Of a stretch of DNA of 64,000 nucleotides, positions 28,453 through 39,800 are shown in pieces (position 1 is the stretch's first letter; each line of letters begins with the position of its first letter). Both the position numbers and the translations under genes were made by a program. The notes under the pieces are model-generated. The model saw only the letters and a program-made list of their open reading frames with translations, ran no database searches and was not told where the DNA came from. Source of the DNA: an uncultured Solirubrobacterales bacterium (lineage in GTDB: Bacteria > Actinomycetota > Thermoleophilia > Solirubrobacterales > 70-9); the NCBI GenBank assembly GCA_963785195.1, contig CAWAUE010000003.1, forward strand, positions 9,137-73,136, written 5' to 3'.

Positions 28453-29628
28453 TCACTTCAGCGCCCTTCCCGTCTCCGGGTCGAAGAAGTAGAGGCGCGC
28501 GGTGTCGACGGTGATCCCGGCCCGCGCTCCTGGCTCGACGTGCGATCCCCGGTCGAGGCGGGCGGTCAGCGCCTCCCGGGCGAGCGCCGGCGTGTCGACC
28601 TCGGCGCCGAGCTCCTCGCCGACGATCCCGGGGGTCGCCGTGGTCCCCACGGTGCGGAAGTAGACGAACAGCTCCGAGCCGAGCGACTCGGCCCGGGTCA
28701 CATGGACCTCGATCGCGTCGTCGGCCTCTGGGCCGGTCGCGGCCAGGAAGTCCTCCGGACGAATGCCGACGCAGATGTCGCGACCGACGAAGTCGCGGAG
28801 CTCCGCGCGTTGTGAGGCGACCGCATCGGGGACTGCCAGACGGGAGTCGCCGAAGCGGATCACCGGGGCGCCGGCGTCGACCTCACAAGTCCCCTCGATC
28901 AGGTTCATCGCCGGCGAGCCGATGAACGATGCGACGAACATGTTCACCGGCCGCTCGTAGAGCTCCGCCGGGGTGCCGAGCTGCTCGAGCACCCCGTCGC
29001 GCAGGATCGCGACCCGGTCGCCCATCGTCATCGCCTCGGTCTGGTCGTGGGTGACGTAGAGGGTCGGGGTGCCGATTCGCCGCTGGAGGCTCGTGATCTC
29101 CCCCCGCATCTCGACCCGGAGCTTGGCGTCGAGGTTCGAGAGCGGCTCGTCCATCAGGAAGGCCGTCGGCTCACGGACGATCGCCCGACCCATCGCCACC
29201 CGCTGGCGCTGGCCGCCGGAGAGCTGGCGCGGCTTGCGATCGAGCAGGTCGCTCATCCCAAGCACCTCAGCCGCCTCGGCGACCTTGACCTTGATCTCCG
29301 GCTTCGGGACTCCAGACATCTTCAGGCCGAAGCCGATGTTGTCGCGCACCGACATGTGCGCGTAGAGCGCGTAGCTCTGAAAGACCATCGCGATGTCGCG
29401 CTTGCGCGGCGGCAGTTCGGTGACGTCGACGCCCCCGATCCGGATCGACCCCGAGGTCACCTCCTCGAGCCCGGCGACCATCCGCAGGGTGGTGCTCTTG
29501 CCGCACCCCGAAGGGCCGACGAGGACCATGAACTCGCCCTCGGCGATCTCGAGCGAGAGGTCGTCGACCGCGACCACGCCGCCTGCGAACTCCTTGCGGA
29601 TCCGCTCGAGTTGGATGCCCTCAGCCAC
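28453..29628 (-). CDS. Sugar ABC transporter ATP-binding protein (MalK/UgpC/MsiK type)
   Basis: Walker A GPSGCGKST, signature LSGGQRQR, Walker B FLMDEPLS, and a TOBE-like C-terminus. Confidence 0.95.
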   Translation of the reverse strand: MAEGIQLERIRKEFAGGVVAVDDLSLEIAEGEFMVLVGPSGCGKSTTLRMVAGLEEVTSGSIRIGGVDVTELPPRKRDIAMVFQSYALYAHMSVRDNIGFGLKMSGVPKPEIKVKVAEAAEVLGMSDLLDRKPRQLSGGQRQRVAMGRAIVREPTAFLMDEPLSNLDAKLRVEMRGEITSLQRRIGTPTLYVTHDQTEAMTMGDRVAILRDGVLEQLGTPAELYERPVNMFVASFIGSPAMNLIEGTCEVDAGAPVIRFGDSRLAVPDAVASQRAELRDFVGRDICVGIRPEDFLAATGPEADDAIEVHVTRAESLGSELFVYFRTVGTTATPGIVGEELGAEVDTPALAREALTARLDRGSHVEPGARAGITVDTARLYFFDPETGRALK

Positions 29629-30493
29629 CCGCGCTCAGCATTCCCCGGATGTGCCGGTTGAGGATCAGGGCGACGATCGCCGGCGGCAACATGGCCAGCA
29701 CCCCGGCCGCGGTCAGCAGCGGGTAGTTCGTCGTGTACTTACCGATGAACTCCGTGATCACCACAGTCACCGGCTTCGTCTCCTGCGTGGAGGTGAGCAG
29801 GAGCGGGATTAGGAACTGGCCCCAGACCGCGAGCATCACGATCGCCGTGAGCGCGGCGATCCCCGAAGTCATCTGCGGCAGGACGACGCGGCGGAAGGCC
29901 CCAAAGCGGGTGCAGCCATCGATCAGCGCGGCCTCCTCGGGCTCCTGCGGAAGCTCACGGGTGTAGTTGTAGAAGAGCCAGATCGCCAGTGGCGCGGTGG
30001 TGCTGACGAAGACCAGGATCATCCCGAGGAAAGTGTTGATCAGGTCGAACTCGGCGAGCAGCCGGTAGAGCGCGACGACGAGGGTGAAGACCGGGATGAC
30101 CATCGTCGCGAGTACGACCCAGAGCAGCTGCCTGCCCCCCTTGAACTCCAGGCGGGCGAAACCGTAGCCGGCGAGCACCGCGATCAGCAGCACGATGACG
30201 GTCGAGGCCACGGTCAGCAGGGTCGTGTTGAGAAGCGCGCGCGGGAACGCGGTTGCGTCGGACGCGGCGTCGCTGGTGGTCGTCCGCCCGCCGTTCGTCT
30301 GATCGCCGCCCAACAGGGCCGTGTAGTACTCGGTGTTCGGGTCCGAGGGGACCCAGCGCGCGGGGACCTGCTGGGCCTCCTTCTGGGTCTCGAGGCTGGT
30401 CATCACACCGACCAGGATCGGCCCCAGCGACCAGGCGATCAGCAGCGCGATCCCGAGCGCACGCACCGTGAGCGCAGCTCGCGACGGCCTCAC
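29621..30493 (-). CDS. Carbohydrate ABC transporter permease (MalG-like)
   Basis: Six TM helices, EAA-like loop EEAALIDGCTRFGAFRRVVLP. Overlaps both neighbours. Confidence 0.9.
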   Translation of the reverse strand: MRPSRAALTVRALGIALLIAWSLGPILVGVMTSLETQKEAQQVPARWVPSDPNTEYYTALLGGDQTNGGRTTTSDAASDATAFPRALLNTTLLTVASTVIVLLIAVLAGYGFARLEFKGGRQLLWVVLATMVIPVFTLVVALYRLLAEFDLINTFLGMILVFVSTTAPLAIWLFYNYTRELPQEPEEAALIDGCTRFGAFRRVVLPQMTSGIAALTAIVMLAVWGQFLIPLLLTSTQETKPVTVVITEFIGKYTTNYPLLTAAGVLAMLPPAIVALILNRHIRGMLSAGG

Positions 30494-31428
30494 ACCGTCC
30501 TCCGGCGCAGGACCAGCGAGTAGAAGGCGGCCAGGATCGCGGTCGCCGCGGCCACCATGAAGGCGAGCGCGATCCCCTGCGCGAACTCGCCGTTAGAGAA
30601 CGTAGTCGTATAGACCTCCATCAGGATCGAGCGGGTGTTCAGCGCGGTGCCGTTGAGGACGTAGATCTCGTCGAAGATGTTGATTGCGTTGACCGTGCCC
30701 ACCACGAGCGCGACCACCAGCGACGGCCTCAGCAGGGGCAGGGTGATGTGGCGGAACTGCCGCCACGGGGAGGCTCCGTCGACCGCCGAGGCGCTGTAGA
30801 CCTCGTCCGGGATCGCCTGCAGCCCGGCGATGAAGACGAGGGTGACCAACGGCAACACGCCCCAGACGTGGACGAGGGTGATGAAGAGCGTCGCCCAGCC
30901 CTGGTCGGCGAGCCAGACGTGGGGTTGGTCGATGATGCCGGTCTGGACCAGGAAACTGTTGAGCAGGCCGGTGTCCGGGTCGAAGATCCGCCGCCAGAGC
31001 ACGCCGCTCACGACCGACGGGAGCGCCCACGGGAGGATCAGGATCGCGAGCACGAGACCGCGCCCGCGGAAGGTCCGGTGGAGCAGCACCGCGATCGCCA
31101 GGCCGAGCCCGATCTCCAGCACCAGGGCCGTGAGGACGTACCAGATGGTCTGCACGGTGGAGTCGCCGACCGAGGGCTGCTCGAGGACGTCGCGGTAGTT
31201 CTCGAGCCCGACGAACGGGCTCGGCGTGCCGAGCGTGGCGGTCGCCCCGTGCACGCTGGTGCTCAGGCCGACGAGGATCGGATAGACGACCAGAACCGCC
31301 GTGAACGCGAGGGCCGGGAGCACCAGCCAGCGGCCGAGCCAGGCGTTTTCCCGGGCCGCGCCCGTGAGGCCGAAGCCGAACGCGCGACGAACGCGACCCC
31401 AGGTGCCGGGTTTGTGCTCCTCCGTCAC
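30490..31428 (-). CDS. Carbohydrate ABC transporter permease (MalF-like)
   Basis: Polytopic, EAA-like loop YSASAVDGASPWRQFRHITLP. Confidence 0.9.
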   Translation of the reverse strand: MTEEHKPGTWGRVRRAFGFGLTGAARENAWLGRWLVLPALAFTAVLVVYPILVGLSTSVHGATATLGTPSPFVGLENYRDVLEQPSVGDSTVQTIWYVLTALVLEIGLGLAIAVLLHRTFRGRGLVLAILILPWALPSVVSGVLWRRIFDPDTGLLNSFLVQTGIIDQPHVWLADQGWATLFITLVHVWGVLPLVTLVFIAGLQAIPDEVYSASAVDGASPWRQFRHITLPLLRPSLVVALVVGTVNAINIFDEIYVLNGTALNTRSILMEVYTTTFSNGEFAQGIALAFMVAAATAILAAFYSLVLRRRTV

Positions 31429-31450
31429 CCGGGGCCGGCCGCCTGTTCGG

Positions 31451-32758
31451 CTAGCCCTCCGACTGGGCCAGCTCCGTCGCCTTCGCGGCGAGCTGATCGA
31501 GCGCGTCCTGAACGGAGAGGTCGCCCTTCCACGCTGAGTTCAGCACCCCCTGAGCCTCGGTGCTGAACTGCGAGTACCACGCGGGCGCCCCGCCCGGGAA
31601 CAGAGGCTGGAGGTGATCGAACTCCTCGGTGATGACGTCGCCGCCCGCGAGGTCGCCGCTCTGCGCGAGGTCGTCCAGGGCGGTCTTCCCGCAGGGCAAG
31701 AACCCCGCACCCTTGTAGAGCGCGACCTGATTCTCGGGCTTCAGCATCCAGTCGATGAACACCTTCGCGGCGTCCTTGTTCTCAGCGGTCGTCGGGATCC
31801 CGAATCCCTCCTGCAGGCCGAACGACCCGCCGGGCCCCGTCTCACCGGGGACCAGCGCCGCCGTCGCGTCGCCCGCGATGCTCGATGCCTTCGGGTCGTT
31901 GGCCTCCGGCAGGTTGCCGGGCGCCGCCGAGATCGCGACCGCCGCCGCGCCGCCGGTGAACCGCTCCAGCGCGGGCCCATCGTCGAGCGTCACCGAGCCG
32001 GGTGAGACCCAGCCGTTCTTGAGCGCGTCGACCTGCCACTGCAGGGCCTTGACGCCGGCCGATCCCGGTGCATTGAAGACCGGCTGGTTGTTCTCGTCGA
32101 AGAGCTGGCCGCCCATCGCCAGGGTCAGGAGGTACCACGGGGTGACACTGCCCTCGGTCGCCGCCATCGGCATCGTCATCGGCGAGTCCGCGACGCCCTT
32201 CGCCTTCAGGGTGTCGAGCGCCTGGTCGAGGTCGTCGAACGTCTTCGGGAAGCCGTCAAGCCCTGCCTGCTTGAACATCGCCGAGTTGTACATCGAGAGC
32301 TTGAAGTCGTTGCTGTAGCAGGCGGCGTAGAGGTTCCCGCCGCTGGTGAACGAGGCCTTCGTGTTCCCGAGGTCGTCGAGCACCTTTGGGTCGAGGGCGT
32401 CCTGGAGCGGCTCGTACCAGCCGTTGCCGCCGAACTGGCCGGTGAACGACCAATCGAACTCGGTCACGTCGGCGATGTAGGTGCCGGCCTGGTGCGCGAC
32501 GACCAGCTTCGACGCGATCCCATCCCAGGCGCCAGTGCTGTACTGGACGTCGATTCCGGTCTCGTTCGTGAACTGGTCGAGCAACTCCTGCGGAACCTTG
32601 TAGGGCATCAGGACCTTGATCTCCTGGCCCTGGAGGTCGGCGGCGCCGGCGTCGGTGAAACCGCTCGAGGACGAGTCACCGCCCCCACAGGCCGATAGCG
32701 CGAGCGCGGCGGCGCCCATGAGGACGGCGAGTGCCATCCGTAGCTTGCTCGTTCTCAT
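31451..32758 (-). CDS. Sugar ABC transporter substrate-binding lipoprotein
   Basis: Lipobox LALSACGGG. Family-1 solute-binding protein pattern over 435 aa. Confidence 0.9.
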   Translation of the reverse strand: MRTSKLRMALAVLMGAAALALSACGGGDSSSSGFTDAGAADLQGQEIKVLMPYKVPQELLDQFTNETGIDVQYSTGAWDGIASKLVVAHQAGTYIADVTEFDWSFTGQFGGNGWYEPLQDALDPKVLDDLGNTKASFTSGGNLYAACYSNDFKLSMYNSAMFKQAGLDGFPKTFDDLDQALDTLKAKGVADSPMTMPMAATEGSVTPWYLLTLAMGGQLFDENNQPVFNAPGSAGVKALQWQVDALKNGWVSPGSVTLDDGPALERFTGGAAAVAISAAPGNLPEANDPKASSIAGDATAALVPGETGPGGSFGLQEGFGIPTTAENKDAAKVFIDWMLKPENQVALYKGAGFLPCGKTALDDLAQSGDLAGGDVITEEFDHLQPLFPGGAPAWYSQFSTEAQGVLNSAWKGDLSVQDALDQLAAKATELAQSEG

Positions 32759-32864
32759 TCGCTTGCCTCCTTGCCCCGGTTAGGACCGTTCGTCGATCAC
32801 CCGGTCCCCGATGGGGGCATCGTATATCCGACGTTGGCGGCTGCAGCCTGAAACGATCCGCCGG

Positions 32865-34823
32865 ATGTCCGCCGTTCACCCCCTCGATCCGCTCACCCCT
32901 GAGGAGATCGCGTTCGTTCGCGAGTCGATCCTCGCCGCCCCCGAGCACGCGGCGATGTCCCGCGGAGCCAGGTTCATCACGGTCGAGACCCGACTCCCGG
33001 AGAAGGCGGCGCTCGAGGCCCGCGCACAGGCCGTCGACCGTGGCGACCCGATGCCCGAGATCGCGCGCCAGGCCGACGTCGTCCTGCTCGACCGCGGTGA
33101 CGGGTCGACCCACGAGGTGATCGTCGACCTCGTCGACGGAGCGATCGCCGGCTGGCACCACCTCGAGGGCGTGCAGCCGCTGGCCGTGGTCGAGGAGCTC
33201 GCCGAGGCGGAGGAGCTCGTCAAGCGCGACCCGAGCTTTCAGCGGGCGCTCGCAAAGCGCGGCGTGACCGACTTCGAGGCGGTGCAGGTCGACGCCTGGC
33301 CCGCCGGGAACTTCGGCGCCCCCGAAGAGCAGGACCGACGGCTTGCCCGCTGCCTCGCCTTCATCCGCCCGCGCCCCGGTGACAGCGAATGGGCGCACCC
33401 CGTGGACGGGCTGATCGTGCTCGTCGACCTGACGGCGCTCGAGGTGCTGCGGATCGACGACCACGGTGCGGTCCCGATCCCGGAGGAGTCAGGCAACTTC
33501 GACGTCGAGGCGGCTACGGCGGGCGGCCGCGAGCTGCGCCGCGACATCCGCCCGCTCGAGATCACCCAGCCGGAGGGACCGAGCTTCGAGCTCGACGGGC
33601 GCGTGCTGCGCTGGCAGAACTGGGAGCTCCACGTCGGCTTCACCCCGCGCGAAGGGCTGGTTCTGAACCAGGTCGCCTACCACGACCAGGGACGGAGGCG
33701 GCCGATCCTCTTCAGTGCCTCGCTCTCGGAGATGGTCGTCCCCTACGGCGACCCCAGCCCGACGCATTTCTTCAAGAACGCCTTCGACGCGGGCGAGAAC
33801 GGGGTCGGGATCGCGGCCTCGCCGCTCACCTTCGGGTGCGACTGCCTGGGCGAGATCCGCTACCTGGACGCAGCGGTCGCCAACGGCGACGGCGAGCCGG
33901 TCGAGATCCCGAACGCGATCTGCATCCACGAGGAGGACACGGGGGTGCTCTGGCGCCACATCGAATGGCGAAGCGGCGAGGGGGAAGTGCGCCGCGGCCG
34001 CCGGCTCGTCGTCTCATCGTTCTCGGCGATCGGCAACTACGACTACGGCTTCTTCTGGTACCTGCATCAGGACGGCTCGATCCACTACGAGGTGAAGCTC
34101 ACCGGGGTGCTCTCGACCGGCGCGGTCGCGCCCGGCGAGCGGCCCCGCCACGGCGTCCTGGTGGCGCCCGGTTTGAACGCGATGGTCCACCAGCACTACT
34201 TCAACCTGCGGCTCGACCTGGATGTCGACGGCCGCGACAACTCGGTCGTCGAGGTTTCGACCGAGTCGACGCCCCCGGGGCCGGCCAACCCCCACGGCAA
34301 CGCGTTCGAGGTGCGGCGCGAACCACTGCGGACGGAGGTCGAGGCTCGACGCCGCGTCGATCCGGCGTCGGCACGCTGGTGGGAGATCGTCAACCCGAAT
34401 CGCCGCCACCGGCTGGGTGCCCCCGTCGGCTACCGGCTGATACCGGGCGAGAACGCGCGCCCGTTCGCCGACCTCGAGGCCGCGGTGATGAAGCGGGCCG
34501 GCTTCATCGGCGAGCATCTCTGGGTGACTCCCTACGAACCGGACGAGCGCTATGCCGCCGGCGAGTATCCGAACCAGCACCCCGGCGGCGCCGGGCTGCC
34601 GGAGTGGACGGCGGCCGACCGGCCGATCGTCGATCGGGACCTGGTCGTCTGGTACACGTTCGGACATCACCACGTTCCCCGGGCCGAGGACTGGCCCGTG
34701 ATGCCGGTGGCGACGATCGGCTTCGCACTGAAGCCGGTCAACTTCTTCGACCGCAACCCGGCGCTCGACGTGCCGCCACCGGTTCCCCGTCATCAACCTG
34801 AACCCGCCGGAGGAGGCGACTGA
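32865..34823 (+). CDS. Copper amine oxidase (primary-amine oxidase, TPQ enzyme)
   Basis: ORF trimmed to ATG 32865. TPQ consensus SAIGNYDYGFFWY, copper His cluster MVHQHYFNLRLD, and HHHVPRAEDWPVMP. Confidence 0.9.
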   Translation: MSAVHPLDPLTPEEIAFVRESILAAPEHAAMSRGARFITVETRLPEKAALEARAQAVDRGDPMPEIARQADVVLLDRGDGSTHEVIVDLVDGAIAGWHHLEGVQPLAVVEELAEAEELVKRDPSFQRALAKRGVTDFEAVQVDAWPAGNFGAPEEQDRRLARCLAFIRPRPGDSEWAHPVDGLIVLVDLTALEVLRIDDHGAVPIPEESGNFDVEAATAGGRELRRDIRPLEITQPEGPSFELDGRVLRWQNWELHVGFTPREGLVLNQVAYHDQGRRRPILFSASLSEMVVPYGDPSPTHFFKNAFDAGENGVGIAASPLTFGCDCLGEIRYLDAAVANGDGEPVEIPNAICIHEEDTGVLWRHIEWRSGEGEVRRGRRLVVSSFSAIGNYDYGFFWYLHQDGSIHYEVKLTGVLSTGAVAPGERPRHGVLVAPGLNAMVHQHYFNLRLDLDVDGRDNSVVEVSTESTPPGPANPHGNAFEVRREPLRTEVEARRRVDPASARWWEIVNPNRRHRLGAPVGYRLIPGENARPFADLEAAVMKRAGFIGEHLWVTPYEPDERYAAGEYPNQHPGGAGLPEWTAADRPIVDRDLVVWYTFGHHHVPRAEDWPVMPVATIGFALKPVNFFDRNPALDVPPPVPRHQPEPAGGGD

Positions 34824-34827
34824 GCGC

Positions 34828-35535
34828 ATGAGCGATATCGACGGCCGCGTTGCATTGATCACCGGAGCGAGCCGCGGGCTCGGCGCCGCAATCGCGAGGG
34901 CTTTGGACGGCCGCGGCGCCAAGCTCGCGCTCGCCTCGCGCAGCGGCGACGACCTCGGGATCGGCGGCGCCGTCGCTGCGCCGTGCGACGTCCGCGACCC
35001 GGCCCAGGTCGAGTCGCTGGTGGCCGCGGCCGTCGAGCGTTTCGGCGGGCTCGACATCGTCGTCGCCAACGCGGGGGTCGGCGGTTACGGCGGGTTCCTC
35101 GACCTCGACACGGAGTTCGCGCAGGAGATCATCGACGTCAACGTGAACGGCCTCCTGAACACGGTCCGCGCGACCCTGCCGCTGCTCTTCGAGAGCGACG
35201 CCGCCGAGCTCGCGGTGGTCGCCTCGATCGCGGGCCAGCGAGCCCCCGAGGGGGAGGCGATCTACGCCATGGCCAAGCACGCACAGGTCGGCTTCATGCG
35301 GTCGCTCGACCATGAGCTGTGGAGCCGCGGCGTGCGCTGCACGACGATCTGCCCGGGCGGAATGGCCACCGACTTTGCGATGGGGCACGGCCGCACGCCG
35401 GACGATCCCGACCTGGCGAACTTCATGAGCGGCGAAGAGGTTGCCGAGACCGTCGCCTATGCGCTCGAGCGCCCGCGGACCCAGCGGATCCTGGAGATGA
35501 ACGTGCTGCCGATGGCCGAGGACTCGATGGGCTGA
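34828..35535 (+). CDS. SDR family oxidoreductase
   Basis: TGASRGLG, NAGVGG, YAMAKHA (YxxxK). Starts 4 nt after the upstream stop. Confidence 0.9.
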   Translation: MSDIDGRVALITGASRGLGAAIARALDGRGAKLALASRSGDDLGIGGAVAAPCDVRDPAQVESLVAAAVERFGGLDIVVANAGVGGYGGFLDLDTEFAQEIIDVNVNGLLNTVRATLPLLFESDAAELAVVASIAGQRAPEGEAIYAMAKHAQVGFMRSLDHELWSRGVRCTTICPGGMATDFAMGHGRTPDDPDLANFMSGEEVAETVAYALERPRTQRILEMNVLPMAEDSMG

Positions 35536-36872
35536 TGCCGGTCAAGGTCACAATGATCGGCGGAGGCGCGGCGAGCTTCGTGCCGCCGCTGCTGCGGAAG
35601 TTCATCCAGTCCGAGGAGCTCGGCGACTCACAGCTGACGCTCATGGACGTCGACGCCGGTCGCCTCGAGACGATGGTAAAGCTGGGCGAGAAGCTGATCG
35701 AGTCCGAGTCGAGCCCGCTGCGAGTGATTGGCTCGCTCGACCAGCGCGAGTCATTGCGCGACGCCGACTTCGTCATCGCCGCGATCTCGGTCGGTGGCAT
35801 GGAAGCCTGGGCTGACGACATCGAGATCCCGGGCCGCTACGGGATCTTCATGAACGTCAGCGACTCGGTCGGCCCGGGCGGGATCTTCCGCACCCTGCGC
35901 AACGCTCCCGTGCTCGAGAGCGTCGCCCGCGACGTCGCCGAGGTGGCGCCCGGCGCGCGGATCTTCAACTACACGAACCCGGCGCCGGTCGAGGCGCTCG
36001 CGATGCTCACCGTTGCGGGCGCGCAGGTGACCTCACTCTGCTCCTGCACGCACCACCCGGCGAGCGTCGACTGGCTCGCCCGCCAGGCCGGCGTCGAGCC
36101 GGACCTGGTAGAGATGCCGCCGCTGGTCGCGGGGATCAATCACTGCGCCGGGGTCACCGAGCTACGCCTTCGCGACGGCCGCGACGGGCTCGACCTGGCA
36201 CGCGAGCGCACGAGCGAGCCGATCGTGAAGTTCGCGCTCGAGACCTACGGCGTGCTCCCGTATTGCTGGCCGCACTGGACCGAGTTCTTCCCGCAGATGC
36301 AGCGCCTCGACGAGGACTACGAGGGCCGCGCCCAGGGGCTCGCCATGCGGTACGGGATCACCATGCACGACATGGACGAGCAGCGCGCCCGCTACGACGA
36401 GCTCGCCGAGCTGACCGGCGCCTGGACCGCCCCCGGCGCGAGCGCCATCCGCCTCGCCGACCTCCCGTTCGGCGACGAGGAGGAGGGCATCGAGGTGATC
36501 GCGATCATGGAGGCGATCGTGGCCAACCGCAGCGAGGTGCACGTGGTCAACGCCCGCAACGACGGCGCGATCTCGAACCTGCCCGACGACGCCGTGGTCG
36601 AGGTGCTGGCCGAGGTAAACGGCCACGGGGTGATGCCGCTGCGCGCGGGGGCGCTGCCCGAGGCGCTCGCAGCCCACCTGCGCCACTACGTCGCCGTGCA
36701 GAAGCAGATGGTCAAGGCCGCGCTGAGCGGCGAGCGGCGCGACCTCCTGCACGCGTTCCTGCTCGACCCGATGACCCAATCGAAGCTCGACCTCGACGAA
36801 ACCGAGGCGATGCTCGACGAGATGCTCGCCGCCAACGCCGCCTACCTCCCCCGGTTCGAGCGGGCGGCCTGA
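35535..36872 (+). CDS. Glycoside hydrolase family 4 (NAD/Mn-dependent glycosidase)
   Basis: ATG 35535 shares one base with the SDR stop (TGATG). Motifs MPVKVTMIGGGAASF, NYTNPAP, INHCAG. Confidence 0.85.
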   Translation: MPVKVTMIGGGAASFVPPLLRKFIQSEELGDSQLTLMDVDAGRLETMVKLGEKLIESESSPLRVIGSLDQRESLRDADFVIAAISVGGMEAWADDIEIPGRYGIFMNVSDSVGPGGIFRTLRNAPVLESVARDVAEVAPGARIFNYTNPAPVEALAMLTVAGAQVTSLCSCTHHPASVDWLARQAGVEPDLVEMPPLVAGINHCAGVTELRLRDGRDGLDLARERTSEPIVKFALETYGVLPYCWPHWTEFFPQMQRLDEDYEGRAQGLAMRYGITMHDMDEQRARYDELAELTGAWTAPGASAIRLADLPFGDEEEGIEVIAIMEAIVANRSEVHVVNARNDGAISNLPDDAVVEVLAEVNGHGVMPLRAGALPEALAAHLRHYVAVQKQMVKAALSGERRDLLHAFLLDPMTQSKLDLDETEAMLDEMLAANAAYLPRFERAA

Positions 36873-36890
36873 CGCCGCCCTGGAGCTGAC

Positions 36891-39800
36891 GTGGCCCGCC
36901 ACCCGGACGAGACCCGGAGGCGGCTGGCCCAGACGGCGAGTCGCCTGCGGTCGCTCGTCCACCCCGAGTCGATCGCTCCCGACTCGCTCACGGTCAGCGA
37001 GCGCGCCGGCCGCGAGGGCTGGGAGGCTGCGCTCCGGCTCACCTATCGCCCGGCCGAGCTCGGCGAGGAGTTCGGCCCCGAGTGGGCCACCTACTGGTTC
37101 CGGATCGAGGCGACGGCGCCGGAGACGTGGGGCGGCGCGCGGGTGGACCTGCTCTGGGACAGCGGCAGCGAGGCGACCCTGTGGCGCGACGGCGAGGTGC
37201 TCCAGGGCCTGTACTCGGGCTGGCGCGCGCTGCGTACGGTCGCACCGGTGCTCGAGCCGGCGACCGGCGGAGAGCCGGTCGAGCTCGCGGTCGAGATGGC
37301 GTGCAACAGCTGGGCGGGCGACGACCCGGATCCGGCGCCCGGGGTCGACCCTGGCCTGGCCTCGCGCTACCGGCTCGGGCGCAACTGGAGCGAGGGCGAG
37401 GCGCCGCCGCGTGCCCCCACAGGCTGGGCGCGCCTGGAGCGCTGCGTGCTCGCGCGCTTCGACCCCGACGCCTGGCGGCTGCTCTGGGACCTCGAGACCC
37501 TGCGGCGACTCGAGGCGGAGGGCGCGCGCGGCCTCGATCCGGACTGGGCGGGCACCCTGCTCGGCGAGCTCAATCGGTTCTGCAACTCTGGCAGGCGGCC
37601 GAGCGCGATACGTGGGGGCGGGCCGGGGCGATTCTCGCCGAGCTGCTTGCGCGTCCGGGCCCGCGTCCGCGCCACCGCGCGTTCGCGGTCGGTCATGCGC
37701 ATGTCGACACGGCGTGGGTGTGGCCGCTCGCCGAGACCCGCCGCAAACTCGTCCGCACCGCCGCGAACCAGCTCGCGCTCATCGACCGCTATCCCGGCTA
37801 TCGCTATGCCGCCTCCTCGGCGCAGCACTACGAATGGCTCGAGGAGGACGATCCGGAACTCTTCTCGCGGGTGGTCGCGGCCGTCGCGGCAGGGCGCTGG
37901 GAGGTCGTCGGCGGCTCATGGGTCGAGCCGGACTGCAACCTCCCCGACGGGGAATCGCTCATCCGCCAGCTGCTCGTGGGCCAGCGCTGGTTCGAGGAGC
38001 GCTTCGGCCGCCGCTGCACGATCTACTGGAGCCCGGACACCTTTGGGCACAACGGGCAGATGCCGCAGATCCTGCGCCAGTGTGGGATCGAGCGCTTCGT
38101 GACCCAGAAGCTCTCCTGGAACCAGTTCACCCGGCCGCCGCACGACAGCTTCCGCTGGCGCGGCATCGATGGCTCGGAGGTGGTCGCCCACCTGCCGCCG
38201 GTCGGCACCTACAACGCCGAGCTCGAGCCCGCCGAGCTGCGGCGCGCGGTGGCCACCTTTCGGGATCACGATCGCAGCGATGCGAGCCTGATCCTCTTCG
38301 GCCACGGCGACGGCGGTGGCGGGCCGACGCCGGAGATGCTCGAGTCGGCGGCCCGGGTCGCCGACCTTCGCGGCCTGCCGTTGGTTGAGGAGTCGACGAG
38401 CGAGCTCTTCTTCGATGCCGTCGCCGAGCGCGGCGACGAGCTGGCGACGATCAGCGGGCAGCTCTACTTCGAGTACCACCGCGGCACGTACACAAGCCAG
38501 TCGCAGACCAAGCTCGGCAACCGCGCCGGCGAGCGCGCGCTGCACGAGGCCGAGGCCGCCGCGGCGATCGCCTGGGCCCGCGGCCTCGCCGCGTACCCGG
38601 CCGCCGAGCTCGCGCAGCTGTGGCCCGTGCTGCTGCGCAACCAGTTCCACGACATCCTCCCGGGCACCTCGCTAGGCGAGGTGCACCAGACCGCTGAGGC
38701 CGAGCAGCGCTCGGTCCGTGAGGCCGCGACCGAGCTCCGCGACCGGGCGACCGTCGCGCTCGCGGCGGCCGACCCCGGGGACGGAGCGCCGCTCAACCTC
38801 GACGGGTTCGAGCGCCGCGACGTCCTCGAGGCGCCGTCGGGCGGGCTCGCGATCTACTCGTGTCCGCCGTTCGGCTTCGGCGCCGAGGGCGAGCCGGAGA
38901 GCCAGGTCCGGGTCGAGCGAGACGGGGATCATCTCCGGCTCGACAACGGCGTCCTGTCCGCTCTGCTGGACCGCGGCGGGCGCGCGCTGAGCCTGCGGCT
39001 TGCGGATGGGCGCGAGACGCTCTCCGGACCGGCGGATCTGGAGCTCTACGAGGACCGGCCGACGGCCTTCGACGCCTGGGAGCTCGAGCCGTATCACGAG
39101 GAGACGCGGGCCGAGTGCCCTCCGGCCGAGCGGGTCGAGGTGGTGGTCGAGGATCCGCTGCGCGTCGAGGTCGCGTTCGCGCGCCGGATCGGCACCGCGA
39201 GCACGCTGGAGCAGCGCGTCAGGCTCGACGCGGGTTCACGCCGGCTCGAGTTCCGCTGCCGCGTGGACTGGCGCGAGCGCCACCGCATCCTCAAGGCCTG
39301 CTTCCCGCTCCGGGTCCGTACCGCGTCGGCGACCTACGGTGCCCAGTTCGGCGTCCATGAGCTGAGCACGCATCGCAACACCGACGCGGACCTGGCCCAC
39401 TTCGAGGTCCCGGCGCTCGGCTTCGCCGACCTCGGCGAGCATGGCTTCGGCGTCGCCGTGCTGTCGTCGACCAATCACGGCTTCAGCGCCACGGACGACG
39501 CCCTGCGGCTCAGCCTCCTGCGTTCGCCGACCGACCCCGATCCCGAGGCCGATCAGGGGGAGCACGAGCTGGCCTTCGCGCTGCTCCCGCATCGCGGCGA
39601 CTGGCGCGACGCGGGCGTCGCCCGTGAGGCGACCGCGCTTGGGTCACTGCCCGCCTGGGTCGCCGGCGCGCGCCCGGGCGAGCCGTTCGCGCGCATCGAT
39701 TCGCCGGACCTGACCCTCGACACAGTCAAGTGCGGCGAGGACGGCGAGGCGCTGGTGCTGCGCCTGCACGAATCGCACGGCGGCCGCGGGACGGCCCGCG